Shown here: piece by piece, positions 32,526 to 42,057 of the stretch
Position numbering within the stretch: the first letter of the stretch is position 1
How the letters are laid out: each line of letters begins with the position of its first letter
Source of the DNA: an uncultured Acidobacteriota bacterium
Lineage (GTDB): Bacteria; Acidobacteriota; Thermoanaerobaculia; Multivoradales; UBA5704
DNA length: 64,000 nucleotides
Assembly: GCA_963700145.1 (NCBI GenBank)
Contig: OY969474.1
Coordinates: 3,680,001-3,744,000 of the forward strand
Reading direction: 5' to 3'
The notes under the pieces: generated by a model
The model's input: only the letters and a program-made list of their open reading frames with translations
Told to the model about the DNA's origin: nothing
The model's database searches: none
Translations under genes and position numbers: made by a program

Positions 32526-34745
32526 GTGAGCCGTGTCGTCGTACGCCGGAAGCTCCTCCCCCTCGCCATCCCGATCCTCGTTCCCCTGCTGCTGGGCGCG
32601 GCCAGCCGCCCGCCTGAGCCGGCGGCGCCCGCCGGCGCCTTGCGCGCCGACCCGGCCGCCGGCCGCTACGCGCAGGCCGCCGCGGCGCTGCGCGCCCGGG
32701 AGTGCGCCAAGGCCCACGAGCTGCTCGCGCCGCTCGCCCAGGGCAAGGACGCCGACGCCGCCTTCGCGCGGCTGGTGACCGGCCTCCAGGCCCACGCCTG
32801 CGAGGACGTGGCCGCCGCCGAGGAGCGCCTCTACGCCGCCGTCCACCCGGGCAGCCCGCTCGAGGACTGGCGGCTCTACATCCTGGCCGACAGCGCCGGC
32901 GCCCGCGGCCACGTGCTGGTGGCGCAGGCCGCCCTCGCCAAGCTCCTCTCCGACTACCCGGCGTCGCCGCTGCGCGCGCCGGCGCGGGTCAAGGCCGCCG
33001 AGCTGGCCTGGGAGCGCGGCGACTCGCGGCGCGCCCTCGACCTGGTCGAGAGCGGCCGCCGCGAGGCGACGGCCGGCGACTCCGCCACCCGGCTCGAGGC
33101 CCTGGCCTGGACGATCGGCGGCGCGCTCGCCGACCGCGAGGTGCAGGAGAGGGCGGCGCGGCGCCTGCTGTCCGAAGCGCCGGAGAAGGCGGCGGAGCTG
33201 CGGGTGGTGGAGCTCTTCCGGCAGCCCGACGGCACCCTCGCCTGGGAGCGGTTCCTGTCCCCCGAGGAGCTGCAGCGGCGTGCCGCCTCGCTCCTCGCCC
33301 TGGGTCTCGCCGACAGCGCGCTCGCGACCCTCGACGCCGCCGCGGCGCGCGACCGCGACCTCGCCTGGGCCCTGGCCCGCGCCGAGGTGCTGATCGCCGC
33401 CCGGCGCGGCGCCGAGGCGGTGGACCTCCTCGCCCTCTGGCGCCCGGCGGGCTCGCTCGAGCGGGTGGAGCTCGAATGGGCGCGCGCCCGCGCCGGTCTC
33501 GACGCCGCCACCGCCCGCCGCGGCCGCGCCAACCTGCCGCCGGACGAGCGGGCGCTGCTGCGCCGGCAGGCCCGCGGCCAGCTCGAGCGCGTCGTGCAGC
33601 TCGGGGTCAACCGCGAACGGTCGGTCGCGGCGCTGCGCACCCTCTACGACGACCTGACGGCCGACGAAGGGATCGAGCCGGCGCTCGACGCCCTGCGCCG
33701 GCTGCGCCTGCTCGACCCCACCGACACGACCGGCGCGAGCGACCTCTGGGAGCTCGGCTGGCGCGAGTACCGCCGCGACAACTACACCGGCGCCATCGGC
33801 ACCTGGACCGAGCTCGCCGTCCTCTACCCGGAGAATTCGGCGGCGCGCCGCGGCCGCTACTGGGCGGCCCGCGCCTTCGAGGCGCTCGGCGAAGGGGAGC
33901 GGGCGACGCAGATCTACGCCGAGCTGGCGGCGGCCGACACCACCGACTTCTACCGCAAGAACGCCCTGGCGCGGGTGCGCCGCGCCATCCCGGTGCGCGC
34001 CGCGCTGGCGGCGGCCGCCGTCGAGCCCTGGCCCGAGGAGCCGCTGCTGCGCCGCGCCCGCTTGCTCACCGACCTCGGGTTCGACGACCTGGCGCTCACC
34101 GAGCTCAACCTCGTGCGCGAGCGGGCGCAGCCGCGCGCCGTCCTCGCCACCGAGGCGCTGGTGCTCGCCAACAAGGGGCAGCGGCGGAGCAGCATCCAGG
34201 TGATCTCGAAGGCCTTCCCGGCCCTCGGCGGCGCGCACCAGGCCGCGCTGCCGGACGCCGCCCGCCGCCTCTACTACCCGCTCGACTACCAGGAGGCGGT
34301 GCGGAGCTGGGCGCGCGCCAACGACCTGTCGGTGCCGCTGGTCTACGGCATCGTCCGCCAGGAGAGCGCCTTCGACCGCACCGCCGTCTCGCGCGCCGGC
34401 GCCCGCGGCCTGATGCAGCTCATGCCGGCTACCGCCCGCGAGCTGGCCGGCCGCCTCGGCCTCGGCTACTCGTACGAGCGGCTCGGCGAGCCGGCCTACA
34501 ACGTCCAGCTCGGCACCACCTACTTCCGCCAGGTGCTGTCGATGTTCGACGGCAACGTCGAGCTGGCGCTGGCCGGCTACAACGGCGGCCCCTACCGCAT
34601 CAAGCGGCTCTGGCGCGAGTCGGGCGAGCGCGAGCTCGACCACTTCCTCGAAGCGCTCGACCTCGAGGAGTCGAAGACCTACGTCAAGCGCATCCTGGTG
34701 CTCTCCGACAGCTACCGGCAGCTCTATCCGGAGGCTTCTGGTTAG
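32526..34745 (+). CDS. Soluble lytic transglycosylase (Slt) with TPR-like repeats
   Basis: IVRQES, GARGLMQLMP, AGYNGG. Confidence 0.92.
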   Translation: MSRVVVRRKLLPLAIPILVPLLLGAASRPPEPAAPAGALRADPAAGRYAQAAAALRARECAKAHELLAPLAQGKDADAAFARLVTGLQAHACEDVAAAEERLYAAVHPGSPLEDWRLYILADSAGARGHVLVAQAALAKLLSDYPASPLRAPARVKAAELAWERGDSRRALDLVESGRREATAGDSATRLEALAWTIGGALADREVQERAARRLLSEAPEKAAELRVVELFRQPDGTLAWERFLSPEELQRRAASLLALGLADSALATLDAAAARDRDLAWALARAEVLIAARRGAEAVDLLALWRPAGSLERVELEWARARAGLDAATARRGRANLPPDERALLRRQARGQLERVVQLGVNRERSVAALRTLYDDLTADEGIEPALDALRRLRLLDPTDTTGASDLWELGWREYRRDNYTGAIGTWTELAVLYPENSAARRGRYWAARAFEALGEGERATQIYAELAAADTTDFYRKNALARVRRAIPVRAALAAAAVEPWPEEPLLRRARLLTDLGFDDLALTELNLVRERAQPRAVLATEALVLANKGQRRSSIQVISKAFPALGGAHQAALPDAARRLYYPLDYQEAVRSWARANDLSVPLVYGIVRQESAFDRTAVSRAGARGLMQLMPATARELAGRLGLGYSYERLGEPAYNVQLGTTYFRQVLSMFDGNVELALAGYNGGPYRIKRLWRESGERELDHFLEALDLEESKTYVKRILVLSDSYRQLYPEASG

Positions 34746-36198
34746 GAGCGCTTTCCTTCCCACGCTGCTCGCGGCGGCCCTCGCGGCCGCCGCCGGCTGC
34801 GCCCCCCGCCCCGAGCCGCCGCCGGTCCACGACGGCCCCATCGTCCTCGTCACCTTCGACGCCCTGCGCGCCGACGTCGTGGGCGCGCTCGGCGGTCCGC
34901 CGGGGCTCACCCCGCACCTCGACGCCCTGGCGCGGCGCAGCGACTGGGTGGGCCGGGGGGTCGCGCCGTCGAGCTGGGGGGTGCCGGCGCACGCCTCGCT
35001 CGCCACCGGCCTCCAGCCCTGGCAGCACGGCGCCCTCCACGTCGGCAGCGCCGTCCTCTCCCCCGAGCTGACGACCCTGGCCGAGGCGCTGCGGCGGGCC
35101 GGCTGGCGCACGCTGGCCTACCGCGACGGGCACTGGCTGTCGCCGCGCTTCGGCTACGAGCAGGGGTTCGACCGCTTCCACGAGCTGGCGGGCGGGCGCA
35201 AGGCGGAGGCGCGGCTGGAGCGCCTCGCCGGACGGGAGCTCGTCTGGCTGCACGTCCGCGAGCCGGAGGCCCCCTACCTGCGGCGCGACGATCTGTTGGG
35301 TCGCGTGCCCGACGCCCCGCCCGGGCTGCCGCCGCGGGTGGGGGAGATGCGCATCGAGCGGTGGTTCGATCCGGCGCGGCCGCTGCCGGCGGCGGAGCGG
35401 CGCCTCCTCTGGGCGATGTACCGGCTCAACGTCGCCGCGGCGGACGAGCGGCTGGGGCGCCTCCTCGCCGCGCTCGAGCGCAGCGGGCAGTGGGACCGGA
35501 CGCTCCTCGCCGTCACCGCCGGCCACGGCGAGGCCTTCGGCGAGCACGGGCAGGCCGGCCACGGCGGCAACCTGGGCCGGGAGCAGATCGAGGTGCCGCT
35601 CCTGGTGAAGCTGCCGCGCGGCTTCGGCCGCCGGCTGGCGCCGCCCCGGGCGCAGCGGGTGGGGACGGTGCGGCTCTGGGCGACGCTGGTCGAAGCGGCG
35701 GGGGGGCGGGCGCTGCCGGCGACGGCGCCGAGCCTCTTCCGGCCGGCGGCGCCGGCGGTCCTCTCCGAGCTCTACCTGGCGAACGGGACGAACGAGGTCT
35801 CGCTCGTCGAGGGGGACCTGCAGCTCCGCTGGCGCTCGCGCTTCGCGCCGGCCGAGCCGGGCTACTACCCGACCCGTCTCGCCAGCCTCGCCGGGCGCGG
35901 CAACGGACGGCAGGCGCGCCGGCTGTTCCAGCGGCTGCGCACCGCCTTCGACGCCACCCCGCCGCTCGCCGGCGCCGGCGAGCCTGAGCTCGTCCTGGAG
36001 CGCTGGAAGGGAGTGCGCGGCACCCGCCCGGTGGACGATCCGGCGCGGCGCGCCGCCCTGGCCGCCGCGCTGGCGCGGGCCTTCCGCCGCGCCGCCCCCG
36101 AGGAGCTGACGCCGGCGGAGGAGGTTCGATATACTGCCAGGTCCCGCGTGGGGGCGCCCCGGGTCCATAGCTCAGCGGTGAGAGCGTCCGGCTCATAA
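34738..36198 (+). CDS. Sulfatase/alkaline-phosphatase-fold lipoprotein (probable CTG start)
   Basis: In-frame lipobox AAGC and IVLVTFDALRAD upstream of the first GTG; TAGHGE, VPLLVK. Confidence 0.72.
   Translation: MVRSAFLPTLLAAALAAAAGCAPRPEPPPVHDGPIVLVTFDALRADVVGALGGPPGLTPHLDALARRSDWVGRGVAPSSWGVPAHASLATGLQPWQHGALHVGSAVLSPELTTLAEALRRAGWRTLAYRDGHWLSPRFGYEQGFDRFHELAGGRKAEARLERLAGRELVWLHVREPEAPYLRRDDLLGRVPDAPPGLPPRVGEMRIERWFDPARPLPAAERRLLWAMYRLNVAAADERLGRLLAALERSGQWDRTLLAVTAGHGEAFGEHGQAGHGGNLGREQIEVPLLVKLPRGFGRRLAPPRAQRVGTVRLWATLVEAAGGRALPATAPSLFRPAAPAVLSELYLANGTNEVSLVEGDLQLRWRSRFAPAEPGYYPTRLASLAGRGNGRQARRLFQRLRTAFDATPPLAGAGEPELVLERWKGVRGTRPVDDPARRAALAAALARAFRRAAPEELTPAEEVRYTARSRVGAPRVHSSAVRASGS
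36106..36135 (+). promoter_or_regulatory. Predicted promoter for the CAU tRNA, inside the sulfatase CDS
   Basis: CTGACG-N18-TATACT, 25 nt before the tRNA. Confidence 0.5.
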
Positions 36199-36233
36199 CC
36201 GGCAGGTCCCTGGTTCGAATCCAGGTGGACCCA
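36161..36233 (+). tRNA. tRNA with CAT anticodon, most likely tRNA-Ile2 (lysidine); CCA not encoded
   Basis: GGGTCCA/TGGACCC acceptor stem, CTCATAA loop, GGTTCGAATCC; followed by CTA. Confidence 0.88.
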
Positions 36234-36272
36234 CTAGCAGTCGCGTGGCGTGGAGGGTTCTCGATCCTTTCG

Positions 36273-37016
36273 ATGGCGCACGTACTAGAGACCGTCGTGG
36301 AGCTGCAACGGGCCGTCGAGCGGCTGCGGGAGGCCGACCACCGGCTCCACGGCATCCCGGACTGGATGCGCGAGCTGCACGACCAGCACGCCGCCGCCCA
36401 GGCCGAGATCGCGGCGCTCGACGCCGTGGCGGCGGCGGCGGCGCACGACCGGCGGACCGCCGAGGGGGCGGTGGCCGACGCCCAGATCAAGCTCAAGCGC
36501 TACCAGCAGCAGATCAACGCCGTCACCACCCAGCGCGAGTACGGCGCTCTCCTGCAGGAGATCGACACCGTCAAGGCGCAGATCGCGCAGCACGAGGAGC
36601 AGGGCCTCGCCGCCCTCGACCGGCACGAGAAGGCGCAGGCCGACCTCGCCGCCCGCCGCGAATCCTTCGCCGATCTCGAGGGCCGCTACCGCGAGGAGCT
36701 GGCGCGCTGGGAGGCCGAGAAGCCGGGCGTGGCGAGCCAGGTGGCCGAGCTGAGCGCGCAGATCGACGACCTGCGCGGGCGGCTGCCGCGGTCGGTCGTG
36801 GGGCAGTTCGACCGCATCCGCGAGCGCCACGGCGGCGGCGCGCTCGCCCCGGTGCGCCGGATCCAGCGCGGCCCGCGCGGCCCGCAGGAGTGGCACTGCG
36901 GCGCCTGCAACTACCACGTGCGGCCGCAGATCGTCGTCGAGATCCGCAACAGCGGCACCCTCATCCAGTGCGACGCCTGCAAGCGGATCCTCTACCTCGA
37001 GGCCGCCGAAGGCTGA
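36273..37016 (+). CDS. Coiled-coil C4 zinc-ribbon protein (CT398/DUF164-like)
   Basis: Long coiled coil, then CGAC...CDACKRILY. Confidence 0.88.
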   Translation: MAHVLETVVELQRAVERLREADHRLHGIPDWMRELHDQHAAAQAEIAALDAVAAAAAHDRRTAEGAVADAQIKLKRYQQQINAVTTQREYGALLQEIDTVKAQIAQHEEQGLAALDRHEKAQADLAARRESFADLEGRYREELARWEAEKPGVASQVAELSAQIDDLRGRLPRSVVGQFDRIRERHGGGALAPVRRIQRGPRGPQEWHCGACNYHVRPQIVVEIRNSGTLIQCDACKRILYLEAAEG

Positions 37017-37022
37017 CCCAAA

Positions 37023-37727
37023 ATGAGCGACGAGAGCGTCGGCGACCGCCTGCGGCGGATCGAGCGGCGCATCGCCGAGGCCTGCGCGCGCGCCGGTCGG
37101 CGCCCGGAGGAAGTGCGCCTCCTCGGCGCCAGCAAGGGCCAGCCGGTCGCGGCGCTGCGTGAGGCCTGGGAGGCGGGGCTGCGCCTCTTCGGCGAGAACC
37201 GGGTGCAGGAGGCGGCGGCGAAGGCGCCGGAGCTGCCGGCGGAGATCGAATGGCACCTGATCGGCCCCCTCCAGACCAACAAGGTGCGGCGCGCGCTCGA
37301 CCTCTTCGCCGCCGTCCACTCGGTGGACCGGCCGAAGATCGCGGAGGCGCTGGCGCGCGAGGCGGCGGCGCGAGGCGTCGATCTGCCGGTCTTCCTGGAA
37401 GTGAACCTCGCCGGCGAGGCGAGCAAGCACGGCTTCCTGGCGGATGGTCTCGCCGCCGCGGCGGCGCCGCTCACCGCGCTCCCGCGCCTGCGCGTTGTGG
37501 GTCTCATGGCCGTGCCGCCGCTCGGCGGCGATCCCGAGGCGTCCCGCCCCTGGTTCCGCCGGCTGCGCGCCCTCCGCGACGAGCTCGCCGCCCGCCCCGA
37601 GTGGCGCGGCTGGCCGGGGTGGCTGTCGATGGGGATGAGCGACGACTTCGAGGTCGCGGTCGAGGAGGGGGCGACGCACGTGCGCGTCGGCACCGCGCTC
37701 TTCGGGCCGCGGCGGATATACTCCTAG
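37023..37727 (+). CDS. yggS: PLP homeostasis protein (YggS family)
   Basis: FGENRVQE, WHLIGPLQTNK, LSMGMSDDF, VRVGTALFG. Confidence 0.96.
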   Translation: MSDESVGDRLRRIERRIAEACARAGRRPEEVRLLGASKGQPVAALREAWEAGLRLFGENRVQEAAAKAPELPAEIEWHLIGPLQTNKVRRALDLFAAVHSVDRPKIAEALAREAAARGVDLPVFLEVNLAGEASKHGFLADGLAAAAAPLTALPRLRVVGLMAVPPLGGDPEASRPWFRRLRALRDELAARPEWRGWPGWLSMGMSDDFEVAVEEGATHVRVGTALFGPRRIYS

Positions 37728-37750
37728 CAAGCAAGCACTGGAGCGATTCG

Positions 37751-38956
37751 ATGGAGCTGCCTTCCGCCGGCCCGCCTGGGCCGACGCTGTCATGGCATCT
37801 GGACCCGGGGAATCGCCCCAAGCGGATCCTGGCGCTCGACGGCGGCGGCGTGCGCGGCACCCTGTCTCTCCAGTACCTCGAGCGCATCGAGGGCATCCTG
37901 CGCCAGCGGCTGGGCCGTCCAGGCCTCGTGCTGTCCGATTACTTCGACCTGATCGGCGGCACCTCGACCGGCGCGATCATCGCGGCCGGCCTGGCGTTGG
38001 GCCTCGACGTCGCAAGGCTCAAGAAGGAGTACGACGAGCTGGCGGCCCGCATCTTCAAGAAGCCGTTCTTCCGCCTCGGCGCCATCGTGCCCAAGTTCGG
38101 TCACGAGACCCTCAAGGTGGCCCTGAAGGGGGTATTCGGCGAAGGGACGAAGCTGGGCTCCCCGGACCTCAAGACCGGCCTGATGATCATGACCAAGCGG
38201 ATGGACACCGGGAAGCCGTGGCCGCTCACGAACCACCCGAAGGATCCGTATTTCGCTCCCCAGCTCGGGAAGCGCCGGATCGGCAACGCCAACATGCTCC
38301 TCTGGCAGCTCGTCCGCGCGAGCACCGCGGCGCCGCACTACTTCCGCCCGGAGGACCTCGTCGTCGGCTCCGCCCTCGACCCGGCGAGCGGGCAGCCGAC
38401 CGTCGACCACGGCCAGTTCGTGGACGGCGGCGTCTCGACCGCCAACAACCCGTCCTTGCAGCTCCTGAAAGTCGCTCTTCTCCGAGGCTTCGCCTTCAAC
38501 TGGAGCGCGGGCGAGGACGAGCTGCTGCTCGTCTCCGTCGGCACCGGGCTGCCGCGGCGGGGTCGGGGTCGGGCGCGGGGGTTCGCCGCCACGGCGGGCA
38601 GGTTCGCGTTCTCGTCGCTGCTTTCGCTCATGGCCGACTGCAACGACGAGGTCGAGACGCTGATGCAGTGGCTGTCCGACGGTCCCACGGCGCGACGCAT
38701 CGACGGCCAGATCGGCGACCTCGGGAACGAAGCGCTGGGCGGACGCCGCCTCCTCACCTACAGGCGCTACAACGTCAGGCTCGAGAGCGCCTGGCTGAAG
38801 AGCGAGCTGGGCCTCGACCGCTCCCAGGAGGAGCTGGACCTGCTGTCCCGGATGGACCGCCCGGCCGGGATGTCCGCGCTGGCGGCCATGGGAGCGCAGG
38901 CCGCCGCCCGACAGGTCGAGCCGGGACACTTGCCGTCGGCGTTCGATCCCCGGTAG
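37751..38956 (+). CDS. Patatin-like phospholipase
   Basis: LALDGGGVRG, GTSTG nucleophile, ASTAAP, FVDGG. Confidence 0.92.
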   Translation: MELPSAGPPGPTLSWHLDPGNRPKRILALDGGGVRGTLSLQYLERIEGILRQRLGRPGLVLSDYFDLIGGTSTGAIIAAGLALGLDVARLKKEYDELAARIFKKPFFRLGAIVPKFGHETLKVALKGVFGEGTKLGSPDLKTGLMIMTKRMDTGKPWPLTNHPKDPYFAPQLGKRRIGNANMLLWQLVRASTAAPHYFRPEDLVVGSALDPASGQPTVDHGQFVDGGVSTANNPSLQLLKVALLRGFAFNWSAGEDELLLVSVGTGLPRRGRGRARGFAATAGRFAFSSLLSLMADCNDEVETLMQWLSDGPTARRIDGQIGDLGNEALGGRRLLTYRRYNVRLESAWLKSELGLDRSQEELDLLSRMDRPAGMSALAAMGAQAAARQVEPGHLPSAFDPR

Positions 38957-38987
38957 GCGCCGGCGAACTGCGAGCGAGGACCAGGTC

Positions 38988-40313
38988 ATGACCCCTTCGA
39001 TCTTCATCAGCCTCACGCACCGGGACACCAGCATCGCGGAAGCGCTCGATCGGGCCCTCAAAGCGCTGCTCGGCGAGGACGCGGCGGTTTACTTCTCGAC
39101 CAGCAAGGAGCTGCGCGGGGGCATCGGGCACGGCGAGAACTGGTTCCAGTGGATCGTCGACAAGGTCAAGGAGTGCGACTTCTCCCTGGTCCTCATCACC
39201 CCCGCCTCGGTCCAGAAACCCTGGATCCCGTGGGAGGCGGGCGCGGTGTACGGCGCGGCCGTCGCCTCTGGGCAAGAGGGCCTGCGCAAGGTGCGGCCGC
39301 TCCTCTACCGCGTGCGGACCGACGACCTGCCGTCGCCGATCCGCGACTCTCAGATCCAGCTCCGGCGCGGCGACGACCCCGGCGACGTCATGACCTTCTT
39401 CAAAGGGATCCTCGCCCAGTACAAGGACAGCCTGGGAGCAGACAAATTCATCACGGCGTCGATGCGGCTAGAGCAGACCGTCGCCAAACACATTCAGGAG
39501 GTCGAGACGAGCCTGAAGCTCGCCCCGATGCTGGCGGACACCAACGTCGTCGAGGAGTGGCGCCATCGCCTCGACGACCTGCTGCAACAGAACAGAGCTT
39601 CAGAGGTGGAGCACCTCCACCAGTGGCTCGACATCGCCTTCGGCCGCGACCAGGCGGATCGGCCGCAGCCGCTGGACCTCCGCCTCCACTCCAAGCTGGC
39701 CAGCCTCTACCTCAAGGCCAAGAAGTACCCGGAGGCGGTCCAGCAACTCGAGCTGGCGCGGCGGCTCGCCCCCCGCGACATCTACGTCCTCCGCACCCTC
39801 GGCAAGGCGTATCTGGAGAACAAGCAGCGCGACGAGGCAAGGGCCGTACTCGAAGCCATCGCGGAGCTCGACCCGAAGGCTTTCGTCCACAACGTCGAGT
39901 GCGCGGCCCTGCAGGGCCGCTGGTACCGCGAAGGCAAGAACCCGCAGAAGGCGGTGGAGATCTTCGCGGCGGCGCTCGACGAGAACCCGGATTCCCACTA
40001 CCTGGCCAACCTCCTGGGCGAGGCCCGCCTCGAGGCCCGCGACCAACCGGGAGCGAAGGCCGCCTTCGAGCGCGTGGTTCAGATCATCGAGGAGCTCGGC
40101 GAGGAGAACGTCTGGACCCACGCTTCGCTCGCCAACGCCGCCTTCGTTTGCGGCGACGACGCGGCGGCGGTCGCTCATCTCCGGGCGATCTGCGACGGAA
40201 AGCCTCACGCCGATACTCTCTCGACGATCACCGAGGGCCTCACCCGTCTCGCCGCGAACGTTGAAGGCGGCCGGGAGCGGCTGCCGGCGCTGCTGCAGAC
40301 CTTCAGACGATGA
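38988..40313 (+). CDS. TIR domain + TPR repeat protein
   Basis: N-terminal IFISLTH...LVLITPASVQKPWIPWEAGA (TIR with catalytic-type Glu); C-terminal TPR helices. Confidence 0.8.
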   Translation: MTPSIFISLTHRDTSIAEALDRALKALLGEDAAVYFSTSKELRGGIGHGENWFQWIVDKVKECDFSLVLITPASVQKPWIPWEAGAVYGAAVASGQEGLRKVRPLLYRVRTDDLPSPIRDSQIQLRRGDDPGDVMTFFKGILAQYKDSLGADKFITASMRLEQTVAKHIQEVETSLKLAPMLADTNVVEEWRHRLDDLLQQNRASEVEHLHQWLDIAFGRDQADRPQPLDLRLHSKLASLYLKAKKYPEAVQQLELARRLAPRDIYVLRTLGKAYLENKQRDEARAVLEAIAELDPKAFVHNVECAALQGRWYREGKNPQKAVEIFAAALDENPDSHYLANLLGEARLEARDQPGAKAAFERVVQIIEELGEENVWTHASLANAAFVCGDDAAAVAHLRAICDGKPHADTLSTITEGLTRLAANVEGGRERLPALLQTFRR

Positions 40314-41188
40314 CCGATTCCGCGGTCCGCTCGGCCTGGAGGCAGCAAGCCGTCTGGTCGGCCCTGGCCAATCGCCTCAAGCGCGGGCTGGCGCGCTCGC
40401 GCCGCTGGACGTTGGGCCTGATGATCGCCGGCGCGCTCCTCGAGACGGCGGCCGCGCAGGCGAGCTCGATCGGCGGTGCGCCCGCCGGCGCCGCGACGAT
40501 CCTGAGCGCGGCCGGCGCCGCGGCGCTTGCCGCCGCCGCCTTCATTCGCGTGCGCAAGCTCGGCGTGGACCGCGTTCGCGACTGGGTCCGGGCGCGGTCG
40601 GCGTCGGAAGGGCTGAAGGAGGCCGTCTTCCTGCACGTGATGGGGGCGGCCGCCGAGCCGCTCGGACAGGTCGTCGACCGGATCCTCGGCAAGGTCAAGG
40701 ACCTCGAGCCCCAGGCGGCCCTGATCGGCGTGCCCGAGAGAGAGCCTCCCGGACCGATGGACGTCGAGCGGTACATCGAGGTCCGCGTGAGCGGCCAGAT
40801 CGACGGCTTCTATCGGCCGCGCGCGGCGGCGCTGGCTCGCCGCCTCGCCTGGACGCGCCGCGCCGAGTTCGCGGTCCTCCTCACCGGCGCCGCGATCGGG
40901 GCCCTCTCCCCGGTCGTCGGTGCGGCGCGGACTGCGGCCTGGGTCGCGGTGCTGACGACGGTGGCCGGCGCGCTGGTCGCGGAAGCCGAGGCCGCGCGCT
41001 ACACCCACCTCATCATCAGCTACCGCACGACCGCCCGCCGGCTGGAAGCGCTGCGCGACGCCTGGCGCGAGCGGGCGCAAGCGGGCCCCGTGCCACCGGA
41101 CGAGGTGGCTCGCCTCGTCCGCAGCTGCGAGGAGGCCATCTCGATCGAGAACCAGGGGTGGATGGCCGAGTGGATCCGCGAGGGCTGA
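40310..41188 (+). CDS. Tandem SLATT (DUF4231/SLATT) four-TM protein
   Basis: Two TM pairs; WVRARSASEGLK, YIEVRVSGQIDGFY, YRTTARRLE, CEEAISIENQGW. Confidence 0.8.
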   Translation: MTDSAVRSAWRQQAVWSALANRLKRGLARSRRWTLGLMIAGALLETAAAQASSIGGAPAGAATILSAAGAAALAAAAFIRVRKLGVDRVRDWVRARSASEGLKEAVFLHVMGAAAEPLGQVVDRILGKVKDLEPQAALIGVPEREPPGPMDVERYIEVRVSGQIDGFYRPRAAALARRLAWTRRAEFAVLLTGAAIGALSPVVGAARTAAWVAVLTTVAGALVAEAEAARYTHLIISYRTTARRLEALRDAWRERAQAGPVPPDEVARLVRSCEEAISIENQGWMAEWIREG

Positions 41189-41266
41189 CGCGCCAACGCT
41201 CCGCCAAGGCTCGCGGCCGACGGATGCTAAGATGAGCATTCTTCTTTCGGTCGCAGTGCAGGAGAG

Positions 41267-41773
41267 GTGCCGATGTCGCTGACGCCGCTCGACGTCCAGA
41301 AGGCCCGCTTTCCGCAGAAGGTGCGAGGCTACGACCCGCGCGAGGTCGAGGACTTCCTCGCCCTAGTGGCCGAGGAGCTTGCCACCCGGCTCTCGCAGGT
41401 GGACCGGCTGGAGCGGGAGAACCGCTACTTCCGCCAGCGCCTCGACGACGCCGACGAGCGCGAGCACCAGCTGCAGCAGACCCTGCTGCGGGCGCAGAAG
41501 GTCTCCGAGGAGATCACCGCCGCCGCCCGCCGCGAGGCCGAGCTGCTGGTCAAGGAGGCCGAGCTGACCGCCGACAAGGTGGTGCAGCAGGCGGTCGAGC
41601 AGACCACCCGCTTCGAGGGCAAGATCCAGGAGCTGCGCACCATGCGGCGCGAGCTGCAGCTCAAGTTCAAGAACAGCCTCGACCTCTTCCAGAGCATCCT
41701 CGACGACGAGATGGAGGACGAGCGTTCGACCGCCATCGTCCGCACGATGCCGCGGCGCAAGAAGGAGGCGTGA
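41267..41773 (+). CDS. divIVA: DivIVA domain protein
   Basis: LTPLDVQKARF...RGYDPREVEDFL plus coiled coil. Confidence 0.92.
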   Translation: MPMSLTPLDVQKARFPQKVRGYDPREVEDFLALVAEELATRLSQVDRLERENRYFRQRLDDADEREHQLQQTLLRAQKVSEEITAAARREAELLVKEAELTADKVVQQAVEQTTRFEGKIQELRTMRRELQLKFKNSLDLFQSILDDEMEDERSTAIVRTMPRRKKEA

Positions 41774-42057
41774 GCCCGCGCCCGCTGCCGGCCGGCGCCC
41801 GCCGGCTGTTCCCCCACTACGACGAAGCAGACCTGACGCCGGAGCGCGCGCCGGCGCTGCTCGTCGCCCGGCTGCTGGAAGACGGCGACACCGCCGATCT
41901 CGCCTGGTTGACGGCGGTCTTTCCGGAAGAGCGGCTTGCCGCCTGGGTCGCCGAGCGGGGTGGACGGCAGCTCTCGGCGCGCAGCCGGGCGTTCTGGGAA
42001 GTCGTGCTGGGTAAGGAAGCGTCCGCGCCGGTAGCATGCGACTTGTGGCCGCTCTGA
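41770..42057 (+). CDS. Small putative antitoxin (DUF6922-like)
   Basis: LFPHYD...ARLLEDGD...LSARSRAFW; overlaps the nucleotidyltransferase gene. Confidence 0.6.
   Translation: MSPRPLPAGARRLFPHYDEADLTPERAPALLVARLLEDGDTADLAWLTAVFPEERLAAWVAERGGRQLSARSRAFWEVVLGKEASAPVACDLWPL

Noticed and set aside
29325-35111. 1928-aa minus-strand ORF and other long Arg/Gly/Pro-rich ORFs (e.g. 8800-12153, 26412-29660, 45031-49065)
   Set aside because: Shadow ORFs of real genes in high-GC DNA, with no recognisable motifs.
37250-37750. N-terminal extension of the patatin ORF
   Set aside because: It overlaps yggS out of frame and is low complexity; ATG 37751 is the plausible start.
37751-41188. Calling the cassette CBASS or Thoeris
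   Set aside because: No CD-NTase and no SIR2/SLOG or Macro-domain ThsA-type gene is present.
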